A DNA stretch of 64,000 bases, taken from an uncultured Planctomycetota bacterium. GTDB taxonomy: Bacteria; Planctomycetota; Phycisphaerae; Tepidisphaerales; Tepidisphaeraceae. A program made the position numbers and the translations under genes. The notes beneath the pieces were generated by a model. That model ran no database searches and was not told the DNA's origin. It was given only the letters and a program-made list of their open reading frames with translations. The DNA lies in contig CAWJEN010000006.1 in assembly GCA_963841915.1 (NCBI GenBank), positions 1,120,001 through 1,184,000 on the forward strand, read 5' to 3'. Shown piece by piece: positions 19,966-30,059 of this stretch (position 1 is its first letter; each line of letters opens with the position of its first letter).

Positions 19966-19990
19966 GCCGCCGGTGACCGAACCATCTGCC

Positions 19991-20443
19991 ATGCCGAGCG
20001 TCCAGCTGAAACTCAAACGCCTGCCCGGCGGCGTCGGGATCGACCTGCCCCAGCGCATGACCGACGGCGCAGCCGGCTTTGACCTGGCCGCCGCGTGCGA
20101 GGGTGACGTGACCGTTGCGCCGAGCGCGATCGTCAAGATCGCCTGCGGCTTCCAGATGTCGCTGCCCTTGGGCTACGAGGCACAGGTCCGCCCGCGAAGT
20201 GGCCTGGCGAGCCGGCACGGCATCGTTCCCGTCAATAGCCCCGGCACCATCGACGCCGACTATCGCGGCGAGGTCATCATCCCGCTCATCAATCTCGGCA
20301 GCGAGCCGTTCGTCGTCACCCGCGGCATGCGGATCGCGCAGATGGTCATCGCACGCGTCCCACGCGTCAGCGTCGAAGAGGTCGACGAACTCGATACCAC
20401 CGACCGCGGCAGTGACGGCTTCGGCTCGACCGGCGTTGAATAA
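19991..20443 (+). CDS. dut: dUTP diphosphatase
   Basis: 'AAGFDL', 'QVRPRSGLA', 'NSPGTIDADYRGE', 'RIAQMV', 'RGSDGFGSTG'. Confidence 0.97.
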   Translation: MPSVQLKLKRLPGGVGIDLPQRMTDGAAGFDLAAACEGDVTVAPSAIVKIACGFQMSLPLGYEAQVRPRSGLASRHGIVPVNSPGTIDADYRGEVIIPLINLGSEPFVVTRGMRIAQMVIARVPRVSVEEVDELDTTDRGSDGFGSTGVE

Positions 20444-20495
20444 GACGTGCGCCGCGGCGGCCAAATGGGGCGGCCGATCGGCCAAAGCGGTCGAA

Positions 20496-20511
20496 TGTTC
20501 CACGTGGAACA
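20496..20511. promoter_or_regulatory. parS centromere-like site 1
   Basis: Perfect palindrome TGTTCCACGTGGAACA matching the parS consensus TGTTNCACGTGAAACA. Confidence 0.88.
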
Positions 20512-20565
20512 TCGCCAACCCCCGCCACGCCCTGCGGCGGGGGGTTTGTCCTCAGCCGAGCGTCC

Positions 20566-20581
20566 TGTTCCACGTGGAACA
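20566..20581. promoter_or_regulatory. parS centromere-like site 2
   Basis: Second identical TGTTCCACGTGGAACA, 70 bp from the first. Confidence 0.88.
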
Positions 20582-20770
20582 CGGTCCGCCAGTACAGCAT
20601 TTCAAGGCGGCGGGTCGTTCGCCGTGCAGGCGAGGTACGCCGCCGATTGCGGTCGCAGTGCGCTACCCGCGGGTCGCGGTACGGTCCATTGCGCTGCCGA
20701 AACTGTTGCGCCGCCGCGGCCGCGGCCGCGGCCGCAACCTTCGTGTTCGTTGGGCGTGAATACTGGCACC

Positions 20771-22177
20771 ATGGACAGGCGTCTTCTCATCGTGCTGGCG
20801 TCCCTCGCTGCGGCCTCTCCGGTCTTGGCCGAGCCGACGACGCGGCCGATGACGCCGAGCGAATTGGTTGCGGCGGCGAAGGCCGACCTCGCCGCCGCCC
20901 GCGCCGACGCCGAGGCGGCGGGCATCGCGACGACGCTCGAGTCGTTCGCGGCGAAGATCGAATCCGTGCCGCCGGAGCGAAACGCGGCCATCGAGTTCAT
21001 GGCCGCGGCGAAGGTGATGGATGCGATCGAGAGCATGGCGTGGCAGGCCTGGGAGGAGCGGGAAGGTGAACCGACCGCCGCCGATTGGGATCACGCTCGG
21101 CAGGCGATGCGGGACTTTGAGCCGGTGCTGGCTGCACTCGCGGGTGCCGATGCCAAGCTGCCGCCGGCGGTTGAAGCGGCACGCGGTGACTTCGGAATCA
21201 ACTGGCAGGAGGCAGATGAAAACCTGCTCATGAACATTTCCTTTTCGGAGCTCAGCGGCCAGATGGGGCTGTCGGCGTTGCTCGGGGCACAGGCTCAACT
21301 CGCAGCGCATGACGGAACAGGCAGCGACGTCGCCCTGCCGCTGCGTCGGCTGCTCGGTCAGGCACGGGTGGTCGAGGACGGGCACCTCAGCCTCGTCGGC
21401 CACCTCGTCGCCATCGGCTTCGAGTCACGGGCGGCGAACGTAGTGCAGGATGCTGCGGCCACGCTTGCTGTCGGAGACGCCGACGACGAGATGTCGCCGC
21501 AGGACGCCCGACTGCTGGTAGAGCTGTTGCTCAAGAACGACGACGCCGGGCGGTTTCGCCAGGCCATGTCGATGGAGATTCTCTTTCAGCAGAACGCAAT
21601 CGATTACCTTCACAAGCATGGCTCGTTCGACTTCACGTACAGCGGAGCGGCCGGCGAAATTACGGCCGGTGATCGCCTGCAAGCGATGTTCATGCGGCCG
21701 TATCTCTGGCGGAACGCAGAAACAATGCTTCGGCTCTCGCGGTCGATGATCGACGACGCCAACCACGCGGCCATCGGTCAGGCTCGGGCGGACGTGGATG
21801 AGCATGCGGCCGAAGTCGACGCGGTGCAGCAGAACCCGACGCTGCTGTACGCCGCCGTGTTGATGCCGAGTCTCGACCGAAGGCTCGTGACGAACTACCG
21901 CGGCAGAGCCCACAAGGCCCTCGCCGCCGTCGGCCTGGCGACGGCGATCTACCGGGCCGATCACGCCGACGCCCTGCCGCCGACGTTGGAGGCGTTGGTG
22001 CCGGACTACCTGCCGGCAGTGCCGGTCGATCCGCTCGGCGATGGCCAGCCGTTGCAGTACGACGCTGACCGCGGCATCGTCTGGTCGGTCGGCGACAACG
22101 GCGTCGATGACGGTGGGACGCCGGATGATCATCCGTTGCTCGAGGATGCCGACCTGGTCGTGCGGCTGCGGCCTTAA
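20771..22177 (+). CDS. Hypothetical secreted protein with a C-terminal pseudopilin-G-like motif
   Basis: Signal peptide then 'AEPTTRP'; helical body; C-terminal 'LPPTLEALVPDYLPAVPVDP...WSVGDNGVDDGG', common in planctomycete hypothetical proteins. Confidence 0.7.
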   Translation: MDRRLLIVLASLAAASPVLAEPTTRPMTPSELVAAAKADLAAARADAEAAGIATTLESFAAKIESVPPERNAAIEFMAAAKVMDAIESMAWQAWEEREGEPTAADWDHARQAMRDFEPVLAALAGADAKLPPAVEAARGDFGINWQEADENLLMNISFSELSGQMGLSALLGAQAQLAAHDGTGSDVALPLRRLLGQARVVEDGHLSLVGHLVAIGFESRAANVVQDAAATLAVGDADDEMSPQDARLLVELLLKNDDAGRFRQAMSMEILFQQNAIDYLHKHGSFDFTYSGAAGEITAGDRLQAMFMRPYLWRNAETMLRLSRSMIDDANHAAIGQARADVDEHAAEVDAVQQNPTLLYAAVLMPSLDRRLVTNYRGRAHKALAAVGLATAIYRADHADALPPTLEALVPDYLPAVPVDPLGDGQPLQYDADRGIVWSVGDNGVDDGGTPDDHPLLEDADLVVRLRP

Positions 22178-22198
22178 TTGGCAGGTCGTGCTGGCATC

Positions 22199-22306
22199 TG
22201 GTGCCACGGTTTGAGCCGCCGTCTGCGGCGGGCAACCCGTGTCGGGTCTCGGTACATCACCGACACGCGTTGCCCGCATCAGAATACGGCTCAAACCGTG
22301 GCACCA
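22199..22306. repeat. Nested inverted repeat (REPIN/MITE-like)
   Basis: Perfect 20-bp outer IR TGGTGCCACGGTTTGAGCCG (22199-22218 / 22287-22306) plus an 18-bp inner IR with 1 mismatch (22228-22245 / 22260-22277). Confidence 0.8.
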
Positions 22307-22382
22307 ATCTTCCACTTACGGTCGAGTTCTGTCTGTAAAGGTGCGTTGCAACGTGGCTTCATGATGATGTCGTCATACCGCT

Positions 22383-23519
22383 TTAGCTCGTCAGATCAAG
22401 GTCTTCGTAGATCGCTTTGTTGATGGCGAGTTGGCGTTTCTGGTGGACGAGTTCTCCCGGCAGGCCGGTGGTGACCCAGGCGGCGACGAGCTTGTGCTGC
22501 GGGTCGGCGAAGGCACAGGATGACTGGTTGCCGCTGTGACCGAAGGTGTCGGCAGAGGCGTGCGGGCCGTAGCCGTACGGGATACGGCGGCCGTCGGCTG
22601 AGGCGGCGAGGAAGCCGTAGCACCAGTCGATGGTGGCCTTGAACGTCTGGTCCTTGAGCCCCGACCGCTGGCGGGTGGTGAACGTGCGGGCAACGTCCTG
22701 CGGCAGGACGGCGGTGCCGGCAAGGTCGCCGCGGTCGACCAGGAGTTGCTCGTAGAAGCGGCCCAGGTCACGGGCCGGGCCGCGGGCATTGCCGCCGGGA
22801 CGGCAGAGCGTGTGGCCCTTCTCACTGTTGGGGAAGGCAAGGGCTTTGGGTTCTTCTTTGCTCGTGTCGAAGGTGACGGCCGAGTCGGTGCCGAGATCGA
22901 CGTACTGATGCCGGGTCATGCCGACGAAGCTGCCCGCCATGCCGAAGGGCTCGAAGACGCGCTTGCCAATGAGTGCAGAGACGGCGGCGTCGGTCGCTTC
23001 TACGCCTGCGACGACGCGGCAGACCTCGGCCAGCATGTACCAGCCGCTGGCGACGTGGTAGCCGGCCGCTTCTCCGGGAATCCAGTCGGGTTCGAGCGTT
23101 GCGGCGCAGACGCGGTCGATGACGCCCGCCCACGGCTCGGGGCTCCAGTTGCTCGAAACCTGGCGAAAGCCGCCGGTGTGCGTCAGCAGGTGGGCGACGG
23201 TGACGGCCTCCTTGCCGCCTTGTGCGAACGCCGGAATGAGATCGGCGACCGGCGTGTCGACCTCGAGCAGGCCGTCGCCGACGAGGCTGGCGGCAAGGAC
23301 GGCTGTGAGCGGCTTGCCGGCACTCATCCAGAGGACGACGTGCTCGGGCGTCAAGGCGATGCCGGGCCTGGCGGTGCCGAAGGCGGCGTCGATGAGGGTT
23401 TCACCGCCGACCGAGACGTAGAGCTGGCCACCGGCGTGCAGGCCTTCGTCCATGCCGGCTTGGAACGTGTCGCAGACGGTTGGGAGTCGTTGGCGGATGG
23501 CGTGCCAGGCGTCTTGCAT
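22383..23519 (-). CDS. Serine hydrolase, beta-lactamase class C/EstA-like
   Basis: SxxK 'WMSAGKP', 'HLLTHTGG', 'PG...GYH', 'FGHSG'. Confidence 0.88.
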   Translation of the reverse strand: MQDAWHAIRQRLPTVCDTFQAGMDEGLHAGGQLYVSVGGETLIDAAFGTARPGIALTPEHVVLWMSAGKPLTAVLAASLVGDGLLEVDTPVADLIPAFAQGGKEAVTVAHLLTHTGGFRQVSSNWSPEPWAGVIDRVCAATLEPDWIPGEAAGYHVASGWYMLAEVCRVVAGVEATDAAVSALIGKRVFEPFGMAGSFVGMTRHQYVDLGTDSAVTFDTSKEEPKALAFPNSEKGHTLCRPGGNARGPARDLGRFYEQLLVDRGDLAGTAVLPQDVARTFTTRQRSGLKDQTFKATIDWCYGFLAASADGRRIPYGYGPHASADTFGHSGNQSSCAFADPQHKLVAAWVTTGLPGELVHQKRQLAINKAIYEDLDLTS

Positions 23520-23547
23520 GAAGGGACGGTATGTGAAGGACGCAAGG

Positions 23548-23580
23548 AAAAAGGCGAGGCCACCGGAGTGGCCCCGCCTT
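23548..23580 (-). terminator. Intrinsic terminator after the giant LEPRxLL gene
   Basis: Hairpin AAGGCGAGGCCAC-cgga-GTGGCCCCGCCTT followed by a T-run on the minus strand. Confidence 0.7.
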
Positions 23581-23608
23581 GGGAACTGATTGAAGTTGTC
23601 GGCGAGGA

Positions 23609-26600
23609 TCAGCGACGCAGGATGTCGCCGAAGATGTTGCCGTCGACCTGCAGGTCATCGATCTGGTCGGCCTCGATGACCGCACCGTCTTCGACGTCGC
23701 CGCCGATGAAGAGCTCGTCGATGTCGTCGGTCGCCCGGACGTAGACGCCGCTGAGGACATCGCCACCGACGCTGAGTCGGCCGATGGGAGCGTTGGGCTG
23801 TGCCGCACCGCCGGCACGAATGGTGGCCTCGGTCGTCGGCAGGACGACGGCAGAGCTGTCGGGTGCTCCGAGGTCGCCGACGATGTCGATGCTGTCGATG
23901 CTGGTATCGGCGCGGATGACACCAAAGACATCGCCCGCGGTGACGCTACCGATGGAGCCGTCGGGGCCCTCGGCCCGCAGGAACGTGTCACCGAAGATGG
24001 CCCCGCCGACGTCGACCGTTTCGAAGCGTCCGGAGACGCGGAGCAACGTGTTGATGAGGTCTCGGGCGGCGTCGACGTTGTCGACTTCACCGGAGGTGCT
24101 TTGGAAGCCGAAGGTGCTGATGACGTCGTACGTTCCGATGTTGCGGCCGAAGGCGACGCGGTTCGGGAAGTCCGGGGAGTTGGGGTTGAAGCCGCCGATC
24201 CCCGACGCGTCTTCGATGAAGTCCGCGGCGGCCAGGACGGAGTTGAGGTTACTCCGGGTGACGCTGGCGGTGTAGCTGCCCAGGTCGCGGGTGCCGGAGA
24301 TGTCGGTGTTCTCGATAACGCCCGTGTTGGTCACGCGGCGGCGGGAATCGACGCCCTGCGGCAGGCCGAGGCTGCGACGCACGTCATTGGCGGGAGAAAT
24401 CTCCCGGCCGGTGAACGGATCAAAGTCGAAGCCCTGATCACCCAGACGTGTGGTGACAGGCAGACCGGCGATGCTGCTGAGGTTTGCGTCGCCGTTGGCG
24501 GCGATCGTGTTGAGCGTCTGACCGGCGTCGATCGAGACGTTGCGGATGCCGACGTTGTTGTTGGACTCGATCTGGTTGATCACGCCTTCGGTCACGGTGC
24601 CGATGTCGGTCCTCATGATGCCAAAGCCGTCGTCGATGACGATGGAGTCGATGTCGGTGAAACCGATGCTCGTCCCGATGATGCCACCGTTGGTGATGCG
24701 GATGGAATCAAGCTCGTAGAACGGATCTTGCGGCAGGTCATCGGATTCGGTGAGCGTGGTAATTTCACCGTTGAACTCGATGCCGCGTTGGAAGGAGAAG
24801 GCACCAGATGTGGTGAGGTCAGGCTGGAAGATGTCCGCACCGATGATCGAGCCGTTATCGAGCGAGATCTCGTTGATTTCGTTGGTCGAGATCTCACCGC
24901 GGATGTCGGCGTTGGAGCCGGTGATACGGGTGATGAAGCCCTCGGCGTAGAGACCGGCGCGGCTGACTTCGCCGCTGCCGTCGTCGGCGATGCCCTCGCC
25001 GATATCGACGAAGCGGATTTCGCCTTCGATCTCGTCGGCCGTTTGCGGCGACACCGCGACGATTGGGCCGGCGATGCCTTCGAAGCTTTCGACAAGGTCA
25101 CGTCCACGGCCCAAGGCGTTGAACTCCTGGCGGTCGCCGCCGAAGGCGTCGGCACGGATGGAACCGATGACGCCACGCAGTTCACCGATCCGCGGGATGC
25201 CGATGCCGTTAAAGCCGCCGACGTCCTGGATCATGGTGGGCTGACCGAACGCGTCGAAGCCGGCGCGATTGGTGTTACCAATACCGTCGCCGGCGTCACC
25301 GGTCGGCTCGAGTCCGGTCAGGGACTGCGTACCGCCTTCGACTTCGCCGATGCCGAAGTCGCCACCGACGTAGATGTTGCCGACCGAATCGGCCTCGATG
25401 CTCACGATGCTGCCTTCGACGGCGATGAGGTGAGGCTCCAGAAGGAACGGGGTCTGGGCACCGGCGTTGAAGCTGCGCGGTGCGGCGATATTGAGTTCGG
25501 CTTGGCCGCGCGTTTGGGCGATGCCGACACGCGGCGCCCGCAGTTCCCCGATGCTCGTCAGCGTTGCCGAGAGGATCTCACCGGAGGAATTGTTGACAAG
25601 GCGACTCACACGGCCGTCACCGACAGGCGATCCACTATCGAGGCCAGACGGCTGGACGTTGAACAGGTCGACAGCTCGGCCTTCCAGCAGCACTTCGACA
25701 TCTTCAAGACCGTCATCGAAGTCGAAGAGGTTGGTCGGGTTGTTGTCCTGCAGCTGGAACTGGAGCTGGTTCGAGAACCCGTCGTTGACGTTCTGCTGCG
25801 TGACTGGTCGGCCGTTGATGCCGGTGAGGAACAGGTTGCCGAGTTCGGAGGTGGTCCGTTCGCCACGGTCGAGGTTGGTGACGGTGACGCTGCGGTCGGT
25901 TCGCAGGCTGACGAGGATGCTACCGCCGCTCCGGACCGGGTAGGTCAGGACCTCGAGCGTGCCGTTCTCGATTGAAGCGTCTTCGGGACTGTCAACAACA
26001 GGATCGAAATTTGGGTTGGCGACGCCTTCGTCAGGTTCGATGCGGACTCGGGTACCCGAGTCGTCGGTGAAGTCGAAGCTCTCGCCACGCCGAACCTGCA
26101 GGAAGCTGTCGCCGGGTGTACTGCCGAAGAAGCCGTCTCGGATCACGACGGCGTTTTCGCGAACGTCAAAGTAGCGGAAGTTGCCGTTGGTTCCGACATC
26201 GATGGCCGGTCCCCCGACGACGGTGCCTGCGCCGTCGTTGTTGGGGTCGCTGAACCCGACGTTTCCACCGAGGCTCAACATGTCGACGAAGCCGTCGTCG
26301 TTGATGTCATCGATGTTGACGAAGATGCGGGAGTCGGGCAGTGAGAAGTTGGTTGCTGCCCAGTCACCGCCTGCGACGATGGAGCCGATCCCGCGGCCGA
26401 CGACGAAGTTGCCGTAAACGTCGCGTGCTGCGTCGACGACTTGAATGTCGTCACCTGCCGTGGCTTCTGTCGGAATGGCCAGGCCGAATTGGTCGGTGCC
26501 GTCGTCGAAGAAGTTGACGAAGACGTCACCACCGAACGCGCCGCCCGCATTGCCGGTCGCCTGCAGGCGGCCGATGCTGTGGCCGATACGGAGCGTCACG

Positions 26601-29600
26601 TCATCGAGGATGGTGTTGCCGAGCTGAGCCCCGACGCCACTGCCTGAGAGGCTTCGCATGGAGCCGAAGGGCACACGGATGGTGCCGAATCCGCCGTAGA
26701 ACGACTCATTGCGGGCGTCGACGACGCCGAGGTCGCCTTGGCGCAGGCGGATCGTGTCGAAGGCACCGACGTTGCTTTCACGAGTCTTGGTGTTGAAGAA
26801 GCCCGTTCCGATAACGGACCTGCTGGAGATTCGGTTTCCCGCGACGATGCCACCGATGGTCACGTCGCCGGCGTTCTCAACCGTCAGCTGATATTGAGCG
26901 CCGCCTCCCGTGATGACCGTGCCGTCTGGTTTGTTGAACTCGACCTGTAGCCGGTAAGCGCCACCGGTTTCGGCTGTGAACTCGAACGGCTGATTCTCCG
27001 TGTTGACGCGGCCCAGGCTGTCGTCGTAGTCGCTGGCAACGACGCGGCCGTCCGGATCGAGCACGCGGACTGCCACCTGCGATCCCAGAAGCGTCTCGGC
27101 CTGGATGATGATGCTCTGTCCCGCGAGCAGACCAAGCCCGTAGAAGTCATCACGGTCGACAATCGTGGGCGTAACGAGAAGCGTCCCAAGCACCGTGCGG
27201 GCACCGTCGGCGGTCGTGCCAAAGGGCTCGAAGGTGTCGAAGGTGTCGTTGCTAAGTGCCGGGGCGTCGAGGAAGCCGGCGGCAAAGAAGTCGTTGCGGT
27301 CGTCTGCCTCAACCTTGAACTCGATTTCCCGGGTTTCCTGGCCCAGCGACTGGAACAGTGTGGGCTGAATGAAGCCGCCTTCGGGTTCCCGCTCGCCGAG
27401 GACGTCGAAGCTCGCGGCGATGCTGCCGGGCGTTCGAACGGCACCGACGCGTCCCCCGACGGCGAAGTCGGTGCCTGCCGAGAAGCCGTCGAGAGCGCCG
27501 TCGCCGAAGGCTTGTTCGGAAAAATCGGACGCGTTGGCAAACTCGGAGTCACCGATGCTGGCAGTCGAGGCGACGTAGCCGACGTCGCCGAAGACGGCGA
27601 AGTTGTCGGCAATGGGCCCGCCGCTCCCGGCAAGCCCGTCACCGGTGAGGATGGAGCCGGCTACGAAGCGGTTGAGCGAGCCTTCGACGCGTACCGCGCC
27701 AGTCACCACGCCACCAAACAGGAAGCCCTCCACACCCGAGTCAAGTGCAAAGAAACCCGGAATGGCTTGACCGTTGAAGAGCGGGCCGGTGAAGGGGTTC
27801 GTGCCTTCGGTCCGGTTGACGATGTCGAGCGTTTCCTGCACGACAACCGGTCCCTCTTGGGGGACGAACTTCATGCCGAGGTAGAGCTCGCCGTGGTCTT
27901 CTTCGATCTCCAGGGAAGTATCGCCAGACCGCGCGATGAGGCCGACACCGCCGGTCAGTGCCAGCGGCTCGCCCATGTCGTTCAAGGCGGTCACGATGAC
28001 GGTCGTCGTGTCGGGGTTACCGTTGCGGACGATGAAGCTGTAGATGCCCAGCGCGCCACCGACTCCACGTGGCCGTTGGTCGACAATGACCAGTTGATCC
28101 TGCTCGTTGTCGGTGGAGATGAATCCGCCGACCTCTTCAGTGAACGGGTTGTCGATGTCCGACACCCAGGTCAGACCCTGCAGGCTCGAGCCCAGAGCAC
28201 CCCCACCGACCGCATTGAGGCCGCCGATCTGCGTGGCGTTGATGACCGCACGGGCGTTGATCGCTCCGATACCGGGAAGACCTGTGATGCCAGAATCGCT
28301 CGTCAATTGGAACAGCCGAGCGTCATCGCCCGGCTCACTTATGCCGTAGATCCCACCCCGACCGTCTGCGTCATTGGGGCGGACAGCCAGACGCGTCAGC
28401 GTGGCCCCGTCGCCGGGGAAGACCACGGGCGTGACGTTGGAGAAGGTGACTTCCTGCTGAAGGTTTACCGAGGGAACCGACAGCAGGCCGGTTCGAGAAT
28501 TGATCGCCTGCTGACCCGTGCCTTCGGCGACCCGCTCGTTGAAGGTGCCGTACAGCACGATGCCAGGTGAGCTGTCGCTGCCGGACACTGGCGTGAAAGC
28601 AGTGATTGAAGCAACCGTTTGGGCATCGAGGCTCTGCGGATCGGCAAAGAAGTCGGTGCCGACCACGCGGACATTGCTCGTCGTCGCGGGGCTCGAGCCC
28701 AGGCCGACATCGACCGCGACGACGGCAAAGACTTCCGTCCCGGCCGGGTCCGTCATCGGATTAGGGAGGAAGTCCTGCTGACGGAGAACGTTGACGTTGA
28801 GCCCGATGTACAGCGTGTCGTCATCGCCCGGTGCAAAGCCCGCACCGACGATGGAGTTGATCGACTCGCGCTGCCCGACCGGGTTATCTCCTTCAAGTGT
28901 CTCACCCGCACCGAAGGAACCATTGAAGCTCGCGACGATGTCGGAGATGATGTCGGAGATGAACAGACCGTCACCCGCATTGGTGCGATCGGCCACGGAG
29001 CCGGCACCGGCGACGGTTCTGGCGACGTCATCCGTGTCAAGGTTCAGCTCGTACACCTGCAGTTCGCGGATGTCATCAGGATCTGCAGGCCGTTCGATGA
29101 GCTGGAAGCCGAAGGTTCGGCCGGTGCTGTTGGCGGCCAGAGCCTGCAGGTCGATGAGATCGTTGCGTGCCTGAATGACGGGCCCCGCACCGGGAAGCGG
29201 CGTGATGGTCGACCCGACCAGGTCGGTGAAGTTGACTTGCTGAAGGCCACCGAGTTCGTTCACGAACGTGACGTTGTTACCGACGATGGGCGTCACGCCG
29301 ATCCTGCCACCGAGTCCACCGTTGACGTTTCCGTCTCGAAGCGGATCGTCGGAAGTCCGGTTACCGGAGATGTTGCTGAATCGCCCGTCTGCCGTTGAGC
29401 CGATGAGTTCGACCTCGACGTTCGGATCGTCACCGAGCACAGTGACCCGGGCGTTGATGAAGTCTGCGGGGTCTTCGGGCAGGTCTTCGTAATCGAACGT
29501 GGAGTACAAGAGCGACTCACCCGAGAGGAGCGTAACCAGCAGCCGGCGAGGCTCGAGCTGTTCGCTGAGGACGGTGCGGCCGCCCTGGTCGACGGCCGGG

Positions 29601-29725
29601 ACGTGGAGCTGCTCCATGACACCGCCGACGGCGGTAGCGAGCTTGTTCCAGGAGTGACGGCCACGCACAGCAGTCTGGCGGGCGAAGCGGGCGGCGGTGC
29701 GGGTGGTGGAACGGGCTGCGCTCAT
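23609..29725 (-). CDS. Giant extracellular LEPRxLL-domain protein (~2040 aa) with a PPC-like domain and beta-rich repeats
   Basis: 'EQLEPRRLL' after a basic N-terminus; Asp/Gly/Thr-rich; PPC-like segment 'DRDDFYGLGLLAGQSIII...GAYRLQV'; C-terminal beta-helix-like repeats (IGSV, IDSI, IDEL). Confidence 0.8.
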   Translation of the reverse strand: MSAARSTTRTAARFARQTAVRGRHSWNKLATAVGGVMEQLHVPAVDQGGRTVLSEQLEPRRLLVTLLSGESLLYSTFDYEDLPEDPADFINARVTVLGDDPNVEVELIGSTADGRFSNISGNRTSDDPLRDGNVNGGLGGRIGVTPIVGNNVTFVNELGGLQQVNFTDLVGSTITPLPGAGPVIQARNDLIDLQALAANSTGRTFGFQLIERPADPDDIRELQVYELNLDTDDVARTVAGAGSVADRTNAGDGLFISDIISDIVASFNGSFGAGETLEGDNPVGQRESINSIVGAGFAPGDDDTLYIGLNVNVLRQQDFLPNPMTDPAGTEVFAVVAVDVGLGSSPATTSNVRVVGTDFFADPQSLDAQTVASITAFTPVSGSDSSPGIVLYGTFNERVAEGTGQQAINSRTGLLSVPSVNLQQEVTFSNVTPVVFPGDGATLTRLAVRPNDADGRGGIYGISEPGDDARLFQLTSDSGITGLPGIGAINARAVINATQIGGLNAVGGGALGSSLQGLTWVSDIDNPFTEEVGGFISTDNEQDQLVIVDQRPRGVGGALGIYSFIVRNGNPDTTTVIVTALNDMGEPLALTGGVGLIARSGDTSLEIEEDHGELYLGMKFVPQEGPVVVQETLDIVNRTEGTNPFTGPLFNGQAIPGFFALDSGVEGFLFGGVVTGAVRVEGSLNRFVAGSILTGDGLAGSGGPIADNFAVFGDVGYVASTASIGDSEFANASDFSEQAFGDGALDGFSAGTDFAVGGRVGAVRTPGSIAASFDVLGEREPEGGFIQPTLFQSLGQETREIEFKVEADDRNDFFAAGFLDAPALSNDTFDTFEPFGTTADGARTVLGTLLVTPTIVDRDDFYGLGLLAGQSIIIQAETLLGSQVAVRVLDPDGRVVASDYDDSLGRVNTENQPFEFTAETGGAYRLQVEFNKPDGTVITGGGAQYQLTVENAGDVTIGGIVAGNRISSRSVIGTGFFNTKTRESNVGAFDTIRLRQGDLGVVDARNESFYGGFGTIRVPFGSMRSLSGSGVGAQLGNTILDDVTLRIGHSIGRLQATGNAGGAFGGDVFVNFFDDGTDQFGLAIPTEATAGDDIQVVDAARDVYGNFVVGRGIGSIVAGGDWAATNFSLPDSRIFVNIDDINDDGFVDMLSLGGNVGFSDPNNDGAGTVVGGPAIDVGTNGNFRYFDVRENAVVIRDGFFGSTPGDSFLQVRRGESFDFTDDSGTRVRIEPDEGVANPNFDPVVDSPEDASIENGTLEVLTYPVRSGGSILVSLRTDRSVTVTNLDRGERTTSELGNLFLTGINGRPVTQQNVNDGFSNQLQFQLQDNNPTNLFDFDDGLEDVEVLLEGRAVDLFNVQPSGLDSGSPVGDGRVSRLVNNSSGEILSATLTSIGELRAPRVGIAQTRGQAELNIAAPRSFNAGAQTPFLLEPHLIAVEGSIVSIEADSVGNIYVGGDFGIGEVEGGTQSLTGLEPTGDAGDGIGNTNRAGFDAFGQPTMIQDVGGFNGIGIPRIGELRGVIGSIRADAFGGDRQEFNALGRGRDLVESFEGIAGPIVAVSPQTADEIEGEIRFVDIGEGIADDGSGEVSRAGLYAEGFITRITGSNADIRGEISTNEINEISLDNGSIIGADIFQPDLTTSGAFSFQRGIEFNGEITTLTESDDLPQDPFYELDSIRITNGGIIGTSIGFTDIDSIVIDDGFGIMRTDIGTVTEGVINQIESNNNVGIRNVSIDAGQTLNTIAANGDANLSSIAGLPVTTRLGDQGFDFDPFTGREISPANDVRRSLGLPQGVDSRRRVTNTGVIENTDISGTRDLGSYTASVTRSNLNSVLAAADFIEDASGIGGFNPNSPDFPNRVAFGRNIGTYDVISTFGFQSTSGEVDNVDAARDLINTLLRVSGRFETVDVGGAIFGDTFLRAEGPDGSIGSVTAGDVFGVIRADTSIDSIDIVGDLGAPDSSAVVLPTTEATIRAGGAAQPNAPIGRLSVGGDVLSGVYVRATDDIDELFIGGDVEDGAVIEADQIDDLQVDGNIFGDILRR

Positions 29726-30059
29726 GTCGATCAAAAACAGGGGGTGGTGGCGACCAGAAGCTGAAAAGGTGGCGAAGGGGCAACCGCCGCCGAAGAGTCA
29801 CGCCGCACGCCCGGGGCGGTGCGGCAGTCGACGGCTCAGCGGCAAGGCCAGCTTGCGACCGTCAACGGGTTGGACGCGTCGTCTGGGTCCAGGTTCTCGG
29901 ACGTGGTGCGTGAGCAGCGTCTGAGACAGGAACGAGGGACGCTAAGGCGGGCGGGGTTGGGGTCGGGACCGGTCTGGCCGACCTGGGCTTGGCCTCCTCG
30001 GGGCGGGTGCCGGCCTGCTGTGGCCGGTGCCGCGACGAAACGAGTCGCGCGGGCCTGCC

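Noticed and set aside
20709..20736. (GCGGCC)n short tandem repeat
   Set aside because: Only about three units of a GC-only hexamer in a GC-rich genome; no CRISPR-like spacers.
20447..20770. N-terminal extension of the 576-aa ORF covering the parS sites
   Set aside because: Low-complexity translation; the credible start with a signal peptide is ATG 20771.
24101..25975. 624-aa plus-strand ORF and many other long antisense ORFs (e.g. 3218-4537, 8407-9645, 30618-32159, 49170-50435)
   Set aside because: Shadow ORFs opposite well-supported genes; expected at high GC with strong codon bias, and they carry no motifs.
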